DNA of 64,000 nt, from assembly GCA_963705305.1 (NCBI GenBank), contig OY970067.1:3104001-3168000 (forward strand), read 5' to 3'. The notes below the pieces were generated by a model. The model was not told the origin of the DNA. It saw only the letters and a list, made by a program, of their open reading frames with translations, and did not search any database. Shown piece after piece: positions 40,902 to 51,066 of this stretch. This DNA comes from an uncultured Methylomirabilota bacterium (GTDB taxonomy: Bacteria; Methylomirabilota; Methylomirabilia; Methylomirabilales; 2-02-FULL-66-22). The position numbers were made by a program, and so were the translations under genes. Within the stretch, counting starts at the first letter, position 1. Each line of letters opens with the position of its first letter.

Positions 40902-41459
40902 TCAAACTCCTGTAGATTGAGAGAAGGGTGTTGATTCATATGTGTAGGCCATGCTCTTGCCCATCGGACGAATTTGTGCATGGTACCTATGGGTAGGAGT
41001 TGAAAGTCGAGCCTTCGACTGACTTGTTAGAGTCGTATTCGCAGTGATACTGGGTGGTATCGCCGGAGCCGCTGCTACCACCGGAACTCGGATCTCCACG
41101 TTGAGGAACGTCGGATCTTGCTCAAAGGTCGGCTTAATAAGCGCGCGCTTACTAAAGCCCTCTATTTCCGCTAAGGCCTCCCCAAACGATACGAACTTCA
41201 CGGAAAGAACCACTTCCAGGGCTTTTGCGATGGATTTAAGGGTGCTTATGTTCCATTTTGAATAGTTTACGTTTTCGTATTTCGATACACCTGATTGCTT
41301 CGTTCCGATCAGTTTGGCGAGTTGAGCCTGAGTTAAATTTCTCGCGTCTCGCAATGCTTTAATTTGTGCGGCAAGAGCCGAGTCCAAGAACTCCTCTACG
41401 TAAGCATTCCGGTATTCCTCGTCTCGAAATTCTTTAATTAGATCACGCCGGCCGGGCAT
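40902..41459 (-). CDS. XRE-family HTH protein (HigA-like antitoxin) with long S/T/P-rich C-terminal tail
   Basis: QIKALRDARNLTQAQLAKLIGTKQSGVSKYEN..STLKSIAKAL; RBS AAGGAGG. Confidence 0.85.
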   Translation of the reverse strand: MPGRRDLIKEFRDEEYRNAYVEEFLDSALAAQIKALRDARNLTQAQLAKLIGTKQSGVSKYENVNYSKWNISTLKSIAKALEVVLSVKFVSFGEALAEIEGFSKRALIKPTFEQDPTFLNVEIRVPVVAAAPAIPPSITANTTLTSQSKARLSTPTHRYHAQIRPMGKSMAYTYESTPFSQSTGV

Positions 41460-41829
41460 ATACCCTCCTTCTGTTTGGATCGGCCGCGATTTGTTGCCTC
41501 CTCTGTTCAGCGAGTAATGGAGCGTTGGACGGGACCAGTTTCCAATTTTCTTCTCTGGCTCGGCACAACACCGTAATCCCGTCAGGCGGGTCAACAGATA
41601 CCATCGGACGAAGACGTATTATTTCTCCAATTTGCAGTTTGAAAATATGCGGCGTTTTATACTTTTTCCCTGCTCCCACGATGATTCCGGGGAGATCGTT
41701 CACATCATCGACCTGGAGTAGCATCCTGGTTTTTGTATCGAGCTGAGCTCGCTGTTTCTTCTGGAGATGGTCCCTCCAATCGGTTAGCTCCCATGTCCCA
41801 TTATCGTGTACGAATTCGAAAATTATCAC
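41443..41829 (-). CDS. Putative RelE/HigB-like toxin (divergent)
   Basis: ~128 aa, overlaps the HTH start; IFEFVHDNG..DW..L.KKQRAQLD..HIFKLQIG..RLRPM pattern; start codon uncertain. Confidence 0.55.
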   Translation of the reverse strand: MIIFEFVHDNGTWELTDWRDHLQKKQRAQLDTKTRMLLQVDDVNDLPGIIVGAGKKYKTPHIFKLQIGEIIRLRPMVSVDPPDGITVLCRAREENWKLVPSNAPLLAEQRRQQIAADPNRRRVYARPA

Positions 41830-41975
41830 TTTTTTTCTATACTGGCTACATAATTTTTTTGTTATAATCGTTGTTCGGACATAACCATTGAGTATTGAAG
41901 GGGATTTTGTTATCGACCGTGACAATATCACCAAACGTAGAGCAGACGCGAAAAAATCTTGTTTAAATGAAATTA

Positions 41976-42008
41976 ATGCTTGATACTCAAGCATAATGTT
42001 CATATACT
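41976..42008 (+). promoter_or_regulatory. Transposase promoter overlapped by a palindromic operator
   Basis: ATGCTTGA-TAC-TCAAGCAT (41976-41994) overlaps TTGATA-17nt-TATACT; ATG at 42015. Confidence 0.7.
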
Positions 42009-42014
42009 ATGATC

Positions 42015-42866
42015 ATGAACAAGCTGCCGACAGAGAAGCGAATACAGATCCTCCAGATGCTCTGCGAAGGGTCTTCAATGCGCAGCATCGCCCGAATTGT
42101 CGGGGTGTCGATCAACACCGTAACCAAGCTCTTGGAGGATGCGGGGGCCGCGTGCGCGGCTTATCATGACAAGGCCGTGCGGAACCTTAAGACCGCTCGC
42201 GTTCAGTGCGATGAGATTTGGTCATTCTGCTACGCCAAGGAAAAGAACGTTCCCCAGGAGAAGCGCGGCCAGGTGGGATATGGGGACGTGTGGACCTGGA
42301 CGGCCATTGACGCGGATAACAAGCTGATGATGTCCTGGCTGGTCGGGGATCGGGACGCGGGCACGGCGACAGATTTTATCGCCGATGTGAAGGACCGCCT
42401 TGCTAGCCGCGTTCAACTCACGACGGACGGACTCAAGGCGTATTTGACCGCTGTCGAGGATGCGTTCGGAGCAGACATCGATTACGCCCAACTCGTGAAG
42501 CTCTACGGCGAAGCGCCAGAAGCGGAGAAGCGGTACAGCCCGCCCGTTTGCACGGGCACACACAAGACCCGCGTTGAGGGTCATCCCGATCCGCGCCATG
42601 TCTCTACGTCCTACGTGGAGCGCCAAAACCTAAATATGCGGATGGGGATGCGCCGATTTACTCGCCTGACCAATGCGTTTTCAAAGAAGATCGAAAACCA
42701 CTGCCACGCCCTGGCGCTGTACTTCACGTTCTACAATTTCGTGCGGATTCACAAGACGCTGAGAGTCAGCCCGGCGATGGCGGCCGGAATCGAAACCCGG
42801 CTGTGGGAGATGGCGGATATCGTGCGGCTGATCGATGAGCACGAAGCGGAAAGAAAATCAAACTGA
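42015..42866 (+). CDS. IS1-family DDE transposase
   Basis: N-terminal [37 protein letters not shown]. Confidence 0.9.
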   Translation: MNKLPTEKRIQILQMLCEGSSMRSIARIVGVSINTVTKLLEDAGAACAAYHDKAVRNLKTARVQCDEIWSFCYAKEKNVPQEKRGQVGYGDVWTWTAIDADNKLMMSWLVGDRDAGTATDFIADVKDRLASRVQLTTDGLKAYLTAVEDAFGADIDYAQLVKLYGEAPEAEKRYSPPVCTGTHKTRVEGHPDPRHVSTSYVERQNLNMRMGMRRFTRLTNAFSKKIENHCHALALYFTFYNFVRIHKTLRVSPAMAAGIETRLWEMADIVRLIDEHEAERKSN

Positions 42867-42953
42867 GACACTACCGATTTTCCGATTGACAGGAGCGTTT
42901 TACAGGAAGTACGTTAACATCGCCTAAAAGAGAGCAAGAAGGGGTCCCAGAGC

Positions 42954-43517
42954 GTGCCCGACGAGAAGCCGCTCAGCACCGGCGAGATCGCCCGGCTTCT
43001 GCACGTCACCCGGGTCGCGGTCTTCGGTTGGATTCGCGCGGGGAAGCTCCAGGCCTACCGAATCCCAGGGGGGCATTACCGGGTTACCCGGGCGGAGTTC
43101 CGCCGGCTCGTCGCCGAATATCACATCCCCCTGGCGCTCGAACCTCCCGCTCTGCCAAGGCGCATCCTCGTGGTGGATGATGAGGCCGTGGTGCGCGAAG
43201 CGTTCGAAGCGGCCCTCACCGCGCAGGGATACCAGGTGGCTGTAGCGGCCGACGGCCGGCAAGCCCTCCGGGTGCTCCGGCGGGACCACTTCGACCTGAT
43301 CTTCCTCGATATCCTCTTGCCTGGCATCAGCGGCGCCTTCCTCCTCAAGGCTGTGAAGCGACGGGACCCCAACGCGCTCGTCGTCTTGATCACCGGCTTC
43401 CCCGATCACGACAAGACCCTGGCCGCCCTGGACTACGGGCCGGCTATGCTTTTGCGGAAGCCGATCAAGCTCGCGGACATCCAGGCAGTTCTGGAGATCG
43501 TGTTCAAGGAGTCCTAG
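42954..43517 (+). CDS. Excisionase-type HTH fused to a receiver domain
   Basis: LSTGEIARLLHV..WIRAGKLQAYRIPGGHYRV followed by ILVVDDE..FLDILLP. Confidence 0.88.
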   Translation: MPDEKPLSTGEIARLLHVTRVAVFGWIRAGKLQAYRIPGGHYRVTRAEFRRLVAEYHIPLALEPPALPRRILVVDDEAVVREAFEAALTAQGYQVAVAADGRQALRVLRRDHFDLIFLDILLPGISGAFLLKAVKRRDPNALVVLITGFPDHDKTLAALDYGPAMLLRKPIKLADIQAVLEIVFKES

Positions 43518-43574
43518 CCCGGCCAGGCGTGCGGCGATCCCCATCGTGCCCGGCCGTCAGCGAGAAGGAGGTGG

Positions 43575-46500
43575 GTGAGGACGGAAGAAACCAGGGTCTC
43601 TCCTGCGCCTGCCGCCGAGCCCGCCCGGCCCGATGAGCGCATGGAGAAACGCGTGAGGCGCCACTGGCTCTCGCGGCTGCGCATCCGCTTGCTCGTTCTC
43701 GTCCTCCTCGCCGTGGTGCCGGCCGCGGGCGTGATCCTCTACGCGGGGTGGGAGGGGCGCGACCAGGCCACCCTCCGGGCCCAGGCGGATCTCCAGCGGC
43801 AGGCGCGCCTGGCGGCCAGCCAGGGCGGGCCCCTGCTCGAGGGGGCCCGGGAGCTGCTCCACGCCCTCGTCGTGCTCCCCCCGGTGCAGCAGGGGGACGC
43901 CCAGGCCTGCAGCGCCCTGTTCAACACCCTCCTCGCGCAGTACCCCCAGTACGCCAATCTCGGCGTGAGCCGGGCCAACGGCAACGTCTTCTGCAGCGCC
44001 CTCGCACTGCCGGGCCCGGTGAGCCTCGCCGATCGCGGCTACTTCCGCCGGGCCCGGGCCGACCGCACCTTCGCCGTGGGCAGGTACCAAGTGGGCCGCA
44101 TCACCGGCCGGCCCGGCCTCAACTTCGGCCTCCCCGTGGTCGCGCCGGCCGGGACGGTCGCGGGGGTGGCCTTCGCGGCCCTGGACCTCGCGTGGCTCAA
44201 CGCGCTCGTGGCGCGACTGGAGCTGCCGCCGGGGACCACCCTCACCATCCTGGACCGGCAGGGAGTGCTCCTGGCCCGCGGCGAGGGGGCCGGCGCCGCC
44301 ACCGACCTGGACGGCACGCCGAGCCTCGTGGCCTTCGCGCCCCTGGGCGCGCCGGCCGCGCCCAGGGGGGTCTTCGTGAGTATCGGCGTCCCCCAGGCGC
44401 TGGTGGTGGCGGCGGCCAACCGGCTCCTCCGCCGCAGCCTCATCTGGCTGGGGGTCGTCGCCGTCCTGGCGCTCGCCGTGGCCTGGACGGGGGGCGACCT
44501 CTTCCTCCTGCGCCAGATCCAGGCGCTCCTCGCCGCCGCCCGGCGCCTGGCCGCGGGGGACCTCCGCGCCCGGAGCGGGCTGCCGGCGGGGCCGGGGGAG
44601 CTGTACCAGTTGGCCCGCGCCTTTGACGAGATGGCCGCGGCCCTGGAGGACCGGATCACCGCGCACGAACGGGCCCTGGCCGACATCGAGAGCCTGGCGC
44701 GGTTCCCCGGCGAGGACCCCAATCCCGTCCTGCGGATCCGGGAAGACGGGGCCCTGCTGTACGCCAACGAGCCCAGCGGCCCGCTCCTCCGGCTGTGGGG
44801 GATCGCCCCCGGCGGGCCGGTCCCGGCGGAGTGGGGGGTGAAAGTCCGGCAGGCCCTGGAGACAGGCGGCCAAGAGACCATAGAGCTCCTCTGCGGCGAT
44901 CGGATCTATTCGATCGACCTAACGCCCGTCTCGGCGACCCGGTACGTGAACCTCTACGGCCGGGACGTCACCGATCGCAGGCTGGCGGAGGAGACGCTGC
45001 AGCTGCGGACCCGGCAGCTCGAGACGGTCCGGGCGGTGACTGCGGAGATCACCCGCGAGCTGGACCTGACGGCGGTGCTCCTGCTCATCAGCCAACGGGC
45101 CGCGGAGCTGGCGGGGGTGGGCTTGACCACCGTCTGGTTGTGGGACGAGGCCAGCCAGACCCTGGCCCCGGGGGCGTCGTACGGCATGGGGGACTGGATG
45201 GGGAACCGGCGCCTCCGGCTAGGAGAGGGGGTCTCGGGTATCGCCGCCCAGCGGCGCGAGGGGCTCATCGTCAACGACTACCGGACTTGGCCGGCCCGCG
45301 ACCCACGGGTGATCGACCACAGCGGGGTCACCGCCATGCTCGCCGAGCCCCTGCTCTACCGGGACCAGCTCTTGGGCGTCATCCGCCTCGCCGACCAGGG
45401 GACCGGGCGGCAGTTCACAGCCGAGGACCAGGCGATGCTCCGGCTCTTCGCCGCCCAGGCCGCCATTGCCATCGAGAACGCCCGGCTGTTCCAGGGAGAG
45501 CTGAGGCGGTGGAGCCAGCTCGAGGCCATGCGCGCGGCGGGGCTGGAACTCATCCGGGAATTAGATCTTTCCGTTCTCCTCGACCTGATCCTGCACCGCG
45601 CCATGGAGCCATTGGGAAGCCAGAGCGGAACAGTATTCTTGTGGGATGAGGAGGCCCAGGTCCTTGTGCCGGCGACCTGGGTGGGGTTTGATGAGCGGCG
45701 GCACGCAGATCGCCTCCGCCTCGGCGAGGGGGTGGCCGGGACGGTGGCGCAGCGGCGGGCAGGGATGATCGTCAACGACTTCCGCACCTCTCCCTACGCG
45801 CGCTCGACCATCTTGGCGCGGACCCAGATCGCCTCCGTTCTCGCTGAGCCGCTCCTGTACCGAGAGCGGCTGGTGGGTGTGATCATCGTCAACCGTGAGA
45901 CGGGCCAGCCAGCCTTTGTGGAAGAGGAGCTGAAACTGCTCACCCTCTTTGCCCCGCTTGCCGCCACGGCCATTGAGAACGCACAGCTGTACGAGGACAC
46001 CCGTCGTCACGCCGCTGACCTCGAGGAGCGGGTGGCTGCCCGCACGGCGGAGCTCGCGGCGGCCAACGAGGAGCTCGCCGCCGCCTCCCGGCACAAGTCC
46101 GAGTTCCTCGCGAACATGTCCCACGAGCTCCGGACCCCCCTGAACGGGATCCTCGGCTTCGCCCAGATCCTCCAGGAGCAGGCGGGGCCCGCCCTGTCGG
46201 AGAAGCAGCGCCGCTACCTGGGCCACATCTACGGGAGCGGCCAGCACCTCCTCACCCTCATCAACGACATCCTCGACCTCGCGAAGGTGGAGGCGGGGAA
46301 GATCGCCCTCCAGCCCGAGCCCCTCCCGGTGGCCCAGACTCTGGAGGACCTCCTCGTCATCGCCCGGGGCCTGGCCAGCGAGAAGGGGCAGGTCCTCACG
46401 GCCGCCATTGCCCCCGACCTCCCCCCCCTCACGGCCGACCCCGTCCGGGTCAAGCAGATCCTGTTCAACCTCCTCTCGAACGCCGTGAAGTTCACCCCCG

Positions 46501-46871
46501 AGCAGGGCACCATCACCCTCACCGCCCGCGCGCTCGCAGAGGCGCCAGGGCGCGGAGACGCCGAGACAGCGGGTGATACGCGAGACACCTCACCCCAGCT
46601 CCCCGGCACCCCAGCTCCCCGGCAGTTCCTCGAACTCGCCGTGACCGACACCGGGGTCGGCATCAAGGCGGGGGACCTCCCCAAGCTCTTCCACGAGTTC
46701 ACCCAGCTCGAGACCACCCGTACGCAGGCGCACGAGGGCACCGGCCTTGGCCTCGCCCTCACCAAGCGCCTGGTCGAGCTCCACGGCGGCCGGATCTGGG
46801 CCGCCTCCCCGGGCGAGGGCCAGGGGAGCACCTTCACGGTGGTCCTGCCCCTGGGAGGGTTTCCCGCATGA
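43575..46871 (+). CDS. Sensor histidine kinase Cache-HAMP-PAS-GAF-GAF-HisKA-HATPase
   Basis: Two TMs around a Cache-like region, HAMP, GAF repeats, FLANMSHELRTPLN, NAVKF, GTGLGL. Confidence 0.92.
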   Translation: MRTEETRVSPAPAAEPARPDERMEKRVRRHWLSRLRIRLLVLVLLAVVPAAGVILYAGWEGRDQATLRAQADLQRQARLAASQGGPLLEGARELLHALVVLPPVQQGDAQACSALFNTLLAQYPQYANLGVSRANGNVFCSALALPGPVSLADRGYFRRARADRTFAVGRYQVGRITGRPGLNFGLPVVAPAGTVAGVAFAALDLAWLNALVARLELPPGTTLTILDRQGVLLARGEGAGAATDLDGTPSLVAFAPLGAPAAPRGVFVSIGVPQALVVAAANRLLRRSLIWLGVVAVLALAVAWTGGDLFLLRQIQALLAAARRLAAGDLRARSGLPAGPGELYQLARAFDEMAAALEDRITAHERALADIESLARFPGEDPNPVLRIREDGALLYANEPSGPLLRLWGIAPGGPVPAEWGVKVRQALETGGQETIELLCGDRIYSIDLTPVSATRYVNLYGRDVTDRRLAEETLQLRTRQLETVRAVTAEITRELDLTAVLLLISQRAAELAGVGLTTVWLWDEASQTLAPGASYGMGDWMGNRRLRLGEGVSGIAAQRREGLIVNDYRTWPARDPRVIDHSGVTAMLAEPLLYRDQLLGVIRLADQGTGRQFTAEDQAMLRLFAAQAAIAIENARLFQGELRRWSQLEAMRAAGLELIRELDLSVLLDLILHRAMEPLGSQSGTVFLWDEEAQVLVPATWVGFDERRHADRLRLGEGVAGTVAQRRAGMIVNDFRTSPYARSTILARTQIASVLAEPLLYRERLVGVIIVNRETGQPAFVEEELKLLTLFAPLAATAIENAQLYEDTRRHAADLEERVAARTAELAAANEELAAASRHKSEFLANMSHELRTPLNGILGFAQILQEQAGPALSEKQRRYLGHIYGSGQHLLTLINDILDLAKVEAGKIALQPEPLPVAQTLEDLLVIARGLASEKGQVLTAAIAPDLPPLTADPVRVKQILFNLLSNAVKFTPEQGTITLTARALAEAPGRGDAETAGDTRDTSPQLPGTPAPRQFLELAVTDTGVGIKAGDLPKLFHEFTQLETTRTQAHEGTGLGLALTKRLVELHGGRIWAASPGEGQGSTFTVVLPLGGFPA

Positions 46872-49800
46872 GCCGCCAGCGCAACCGGGACGACCGCCTT
46901 GCTGCCTTCTTGCAGGCCAGCCAGGCCATGGCGTCGTCTCTGGACCTGGATCAAGTCCTGCGGACGGTCGTCGAGGCCGCCGCCGCCATTTCGGGTGCCC
47001 CCTTCGTCCGTCTATTTCTCCTGGAGGGCGCCCCCCCGATGCTGCACTGGCGGGTGGGAGTGGGCCTCTCTCCGGAGGGGGAGCCCAACCGCCCGATCCG
47101 GATCGGCGAGAGCTTCTCGGGGCAGGTGGCGGTCACCGGGCAGCCCCTGGCCGTGGCCGATTGCCGGGAGGACCCCCGCCTCCGGTTCCCCGAGCACATC
47201 CAGCGATACAGCCTCATCTCGTACCTGGGCCTGCCGGTGAAGACGGGCGACCGCCTTCTGGGTGTCCTCTGCTTCAATACGAATGCTCCCCATGTATACA
47301 CGGAGGAGGAGATCTCCTTCCTAAACGCCTTCGCGCAGCAGGCGGCCGTGGCCATCCAGAACGCCCAGCTTCACCGGGAAGAGCAGCGTCGCCGGCAGCA
47401 GCTCGAGGCCGTACGGGCGGTGGCCGCCGAGATTACGCGGGAGCTGGATCTCACCCTGCTCCTCCAGCTCATCATCCGCCGGGCGGTGGACCTGACGGGG
47501 GCCCAGGCGGGGTCGCTCTCCCTCTGGGACGAGGGGGCGCAGATCCTCCGGCACCGGGCGTGGGTCGGATACGACGACTGGCTGGCGAACGTCACACTCC
47601 GCCCTGGCGAGGGCGTGAAGGGGGCGGTGGCGCAGCGCCGCGCCGGAATGATCGTCAACGACTACCCCGCCTCGCCCGTCGCCTACCCCCCCTTCGTGGA
47701 GCGCCTGGGCACCACGGCGGTCCTGGCGGAGCCGCTGCTCTACCAAAATCGCCTCCTGGGGGTGGTCTCGGTGGACATGCGAGAGCCGGGGCGCAGGTTC
47801 AGCGGGGAAGACCGGAAAGTCCTGGCCCTCTTCGCCGACCAAGCGGCCGTCGCGATCGAGAACGCCCGATTGCACGAGGCGACCCAACAGGAGTTGGCCG
47901 ATCGGATCCGGGCCGAGGAGGGTCTCCGGCACAGCGAGGAGCAGGCGAGACGCCTGGCCCAGGAAAACGCGACCATGGCGGAGCTGGGCCGCCTCATCAG
48001 CTCGACGCCGAATATCGAAGACGTCTACGAGAACTTTGCCGCGGAAGTCCGGAAGATCCTGCCCTTTGACCGCATTGTCATCAACCACATCGATGCGGAA
48101 AAGAATATCGTCCGGAATCTGTTCATCGCGGGTGAAGCGCTTCCAGGTCGAACCACCTCCGACCCCTACCCCCTGGAGGGATCCAGCAACGTCGAGATGA
48201 TCCGCACCCGGGCCAGTCTCCTCATTCAGACGGACGACTTCGGCCCATATACAGCGCGGTTCCCGGGCCTCGTCTCGACGTTTAAAGCGGGCTTCCGGTC
48301 GATCCTGAATGTGCCCCTGTTCGCCAAGGGGCAGGTCATCGGGGGGCTGCTCTTGCGGTCGCGGCAGCCCAATGCCTATACCGATGGGGACGTGCGCTTG
48401 GCCGAGCGCATTGCCTCGCAGATCGCCGGAGCCGTGACCAACGCCCAGCTCTACCTGGAGAATGTCCATCTTTACGAGGCCGCCCAGCGGGAGATCGCAG
48501 AGCGCCGGCAGGCCGAGGAGATCCTAGCGGTCCGCACCCGGCACCTGGAAGCCATCCGGAGCATCAGCGAGGAGATTACCCGCGAGTTGGACCTCGCTGT
48601 AGTGCTCGACCTCATTGTTCAGCGGGCCGTGGTCCTCGTGGGTGCGACGTTCCGGCAGTATCCGGCTCTGGGACGAAGGGCAGCAACTGCTCACTCCAGT
48701 GGCGTGGACGGGGAGCGACAGGCACGCGCCTACGGTTCCCCTGCGGCTCGGCGAAGGGGTGGCGGGGGCCGCCGCCCAGCAGCGCCGAGGGCTCATCGTC
48801 AATGACTTCCGCACCTCGGTGTATGCGATTCCCAAACTTCTCCAGGGCACCACGCATACCGCTGTGATGGCCACGCCGCTGCTGTATGGCGAGCACCTCG
48901 TGGGGGTGCTGGTGATCAGCAGGGAGGAAACTGGGCCGCCCTTCGCGGAGGCAGATCTCGAAGCCCTCAACCTCTTCACCGCCCACGCCGCCATCGCCAT
49001 CGAGAACGCCCGGCTGTACGAGCAGATTCAACAGCACGCCAGCGACCTCGAAACTCGAGTGAAAGAGCGAACCGTCAAGCTGGAGCACGCCCTGCGCGTG
49101 AAGGCGGAGTTCCTGGACCGGATGTCCCACGAACTACGCACCCCGCTGAATTTTGTCCTCGGCTTCTCCGAACTGCTGAAAGAGCAGCTTGCCGGACCTC
49201 TCACTGCCAAGCAGGAGCGGTTCGTGGATCGGATCCAGCTCGGCGGGCGCCACCTGCTGGCTCTTGTGAGCGACCTCCTGGAATTGTCCCAGGCCGAAAC
49301 CGGCCAGGACGAATTACGCCTGGAGCGCGTCCTGCTGACCCCTCTCATCCGGGAGATCGTGGATGTCTATGCGGCGCAGGCGGTCCAGAAACGGCTGCAG
49401 ATCGAGACGGAGTGTCCCCCGGCCCTCAGTGTCGTGGCCGACCGTCGGCGGCTCAGCCAGATCCTCGGCAACCTCGTGAGCAACGCCGTGAGGTTCACCC
49501 GGGAGGGCGCCGCAATCAGAGTTACCGCCAAACAAGCTGAATATCTCCGGAGCGAGGATGGAGATGAGCGGGGGGGCGCGGGAGATCACTCACCCCAGCT
49601 CCCCGGCACCCCTGCCCCCCAGCAGAGCGTTGAGATTGCCATCGAGGACACAGGCATTGGGCTGGCGCCGGGGGATGTGGAGCGGATCTTCCTGGGCTTT
49701 GAGCAGGTGGATGGATCCTCGACGCGACGGCATGAGGGTGCGGGAATCGGCTTGGCGCTCGTTCGGACCCTGGTCGCTCTCCACGGCGGGCGAGTGTGGG

Positions 49801-50315
49801 CCGAGAGCCCCGGCCTGGGACGAGGGTCCCGCTTCGTCGTCCGGCTCCCGGTGCTGACGATCCCCCCTGCGCAGCGCGTCCTGGTGGTGGAGGACGAGCT
49901 GGCGGTGGCGCGGCCGGTCGCGATCCTCCTCCGTGACGCCGGCTTTGCCGTCGAGGTGGCGGCGACGGGGGCCGAGGCCCTCGCGAGTCTGGCCGCCCAG
50001 CGCCCGGACCTCCTGGTCCTGGACCTCGGCCTTCCGGATGTGGACGGCTGGGAGGTCCTGAAAACCGTGCGGGCGGGCGCGCAGACCCGCACTCTCCCGG
50101 TGGTGGTCCTCACCGGGCTCGGCGCGGAGCAGGTCGACCAAGCCGCCGCCCGGGGTGCCGATGAGTTCCTGACGAAGCCGATCTCGCCGAGCGTCCTGGC
50201 CGGGGTGGTGAAATCGCTCCTGACCCGGCCTAGACAGGCCGCCCTCTCGCCTGAGCGCGCAGAGGTGGATGGCGGGCAGGAGGAGATGGGAGAGACGGGA
50301 AGAGCCGAGGGATGA
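46868..50315 (+). CDS. Hybrid histidine kinase GAFx4-HisKA-HATPase-REC, +1 frameshift at ~48650
   Basis: ORFs 46868-48805 and 48615-50315 join on removing one T (VLVGAT-SGSIRLWDEG); MSHELRTPLN; C-terminal receiver. Confidence 0.85.
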
Positions 50316-50332
50316 GAACGTGATGCCGCCGT

Positions 50333-50485
50333 ATGGGAGTCCACCATCCCTCGAACGTCCGGCTCAGCCGGATCCTCACCGCGGAGGACGATCCGACGAG
50401 GCGGGAGCTGCAGGCCGCGATGGTGGGAGGCCTGGGGTACACCGTGATCGCGGTGGAGGATGGGTAAACCGCGCTGGAGGCGGGC
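50333..50485 (+). pseudogene. Receiver-domain remnant
   Basis: RILTAEDDPTRRELQAAMVGGLGYTVIAVEDG*TALEA. Confidence 0.55.
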
Positions 50486-50589
50486 CCTGCTTCCGATCGA
50501 CGCATTCGAGATCCCGGCAAGCGAGGGGCGGAAGAAGTGGCGCGACCCGGGAATCCTCCGAGCGGCCCATGCAGCCCTGAAAGATTCCG

Positions 50590-51003
50590 GTGACTGAAAG
50601 AGAGTCGAGGACCGCAGTAAGACCGCGCATTCTGGTCGTCGAGGACAATCCGGTGAACCGAGAGTTCATGCTGGCCTTGCTCGAGGGGGAGGGGTACGAG
50701 GTCCTCACGGCGGAGACGGCGGAAGCCGCCATCACCCTGGCCCGGCAGGAGCGGCCCGCCCTCATCCTGATGGACATCCAGCTCCCGGGCAAGACCGGGT
50801 ACGAGGCGACCCGACAGCTCAAGGCGGACGCGGCCACGGCCGCGATCTCGATCGTGGCGGTGACCGCTCAGGCCATGCGGGGCGAAGAGGCCAAGGCCCG
50901 GGCGGCCGGCTGCGACGCCTTCGTGGCTAAACCCGTGAACACCCAGACGCTTCGCGCCACGCTGCGGCGGCTCCTGGCACATCCGGGCGGCGGCCACGAA
51001 TGA
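50590..51003 (+). CDS. Single-domain response regulator (DivK-like)
   Basis: ILVVEDN, LMDIQLP, VTAQAM..AGCDAFVAKP. Confidence 0.9.
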   Translation: MTERESRTAVRPRILVVEDNPVNREFMLALLEGEGYEVLTAETAEAAITLARQERPALILMDIQLPGKTGYEATRQLKADAATAAISIVAVTAQAMRGEEAKARAAGCDAFVAKPVNTQTLRATLRRLLAHPGGGHE

Positions 51004-51066
51004 GACAGGTGGCGCACTGCCTGCGATGGCCGGCAGGCCGGTCCCACACCACAGAGGAGGCTCCTG

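Larger units (their letters stand above)
40295..42875 (+). mobile_element. IS1-family element with passenger genes (2.58 kb)
   Basis: Perfect 18-bp IRs GGTAGTGTCTCAGTTTGA (40295-40312 and 42858-42875); transposase stop lies in the right IR; flanks CGATCTCC and GATTTTCC match only imperfectly. Confidence 0.9.

Noticed and set aside
42954..43140. Excisionase-like HTH as the island's recombination directionality factor
   Set aside because: It is fused to a receiver domain, a common regulator architecture, and sits at the head of the two-component cluster.
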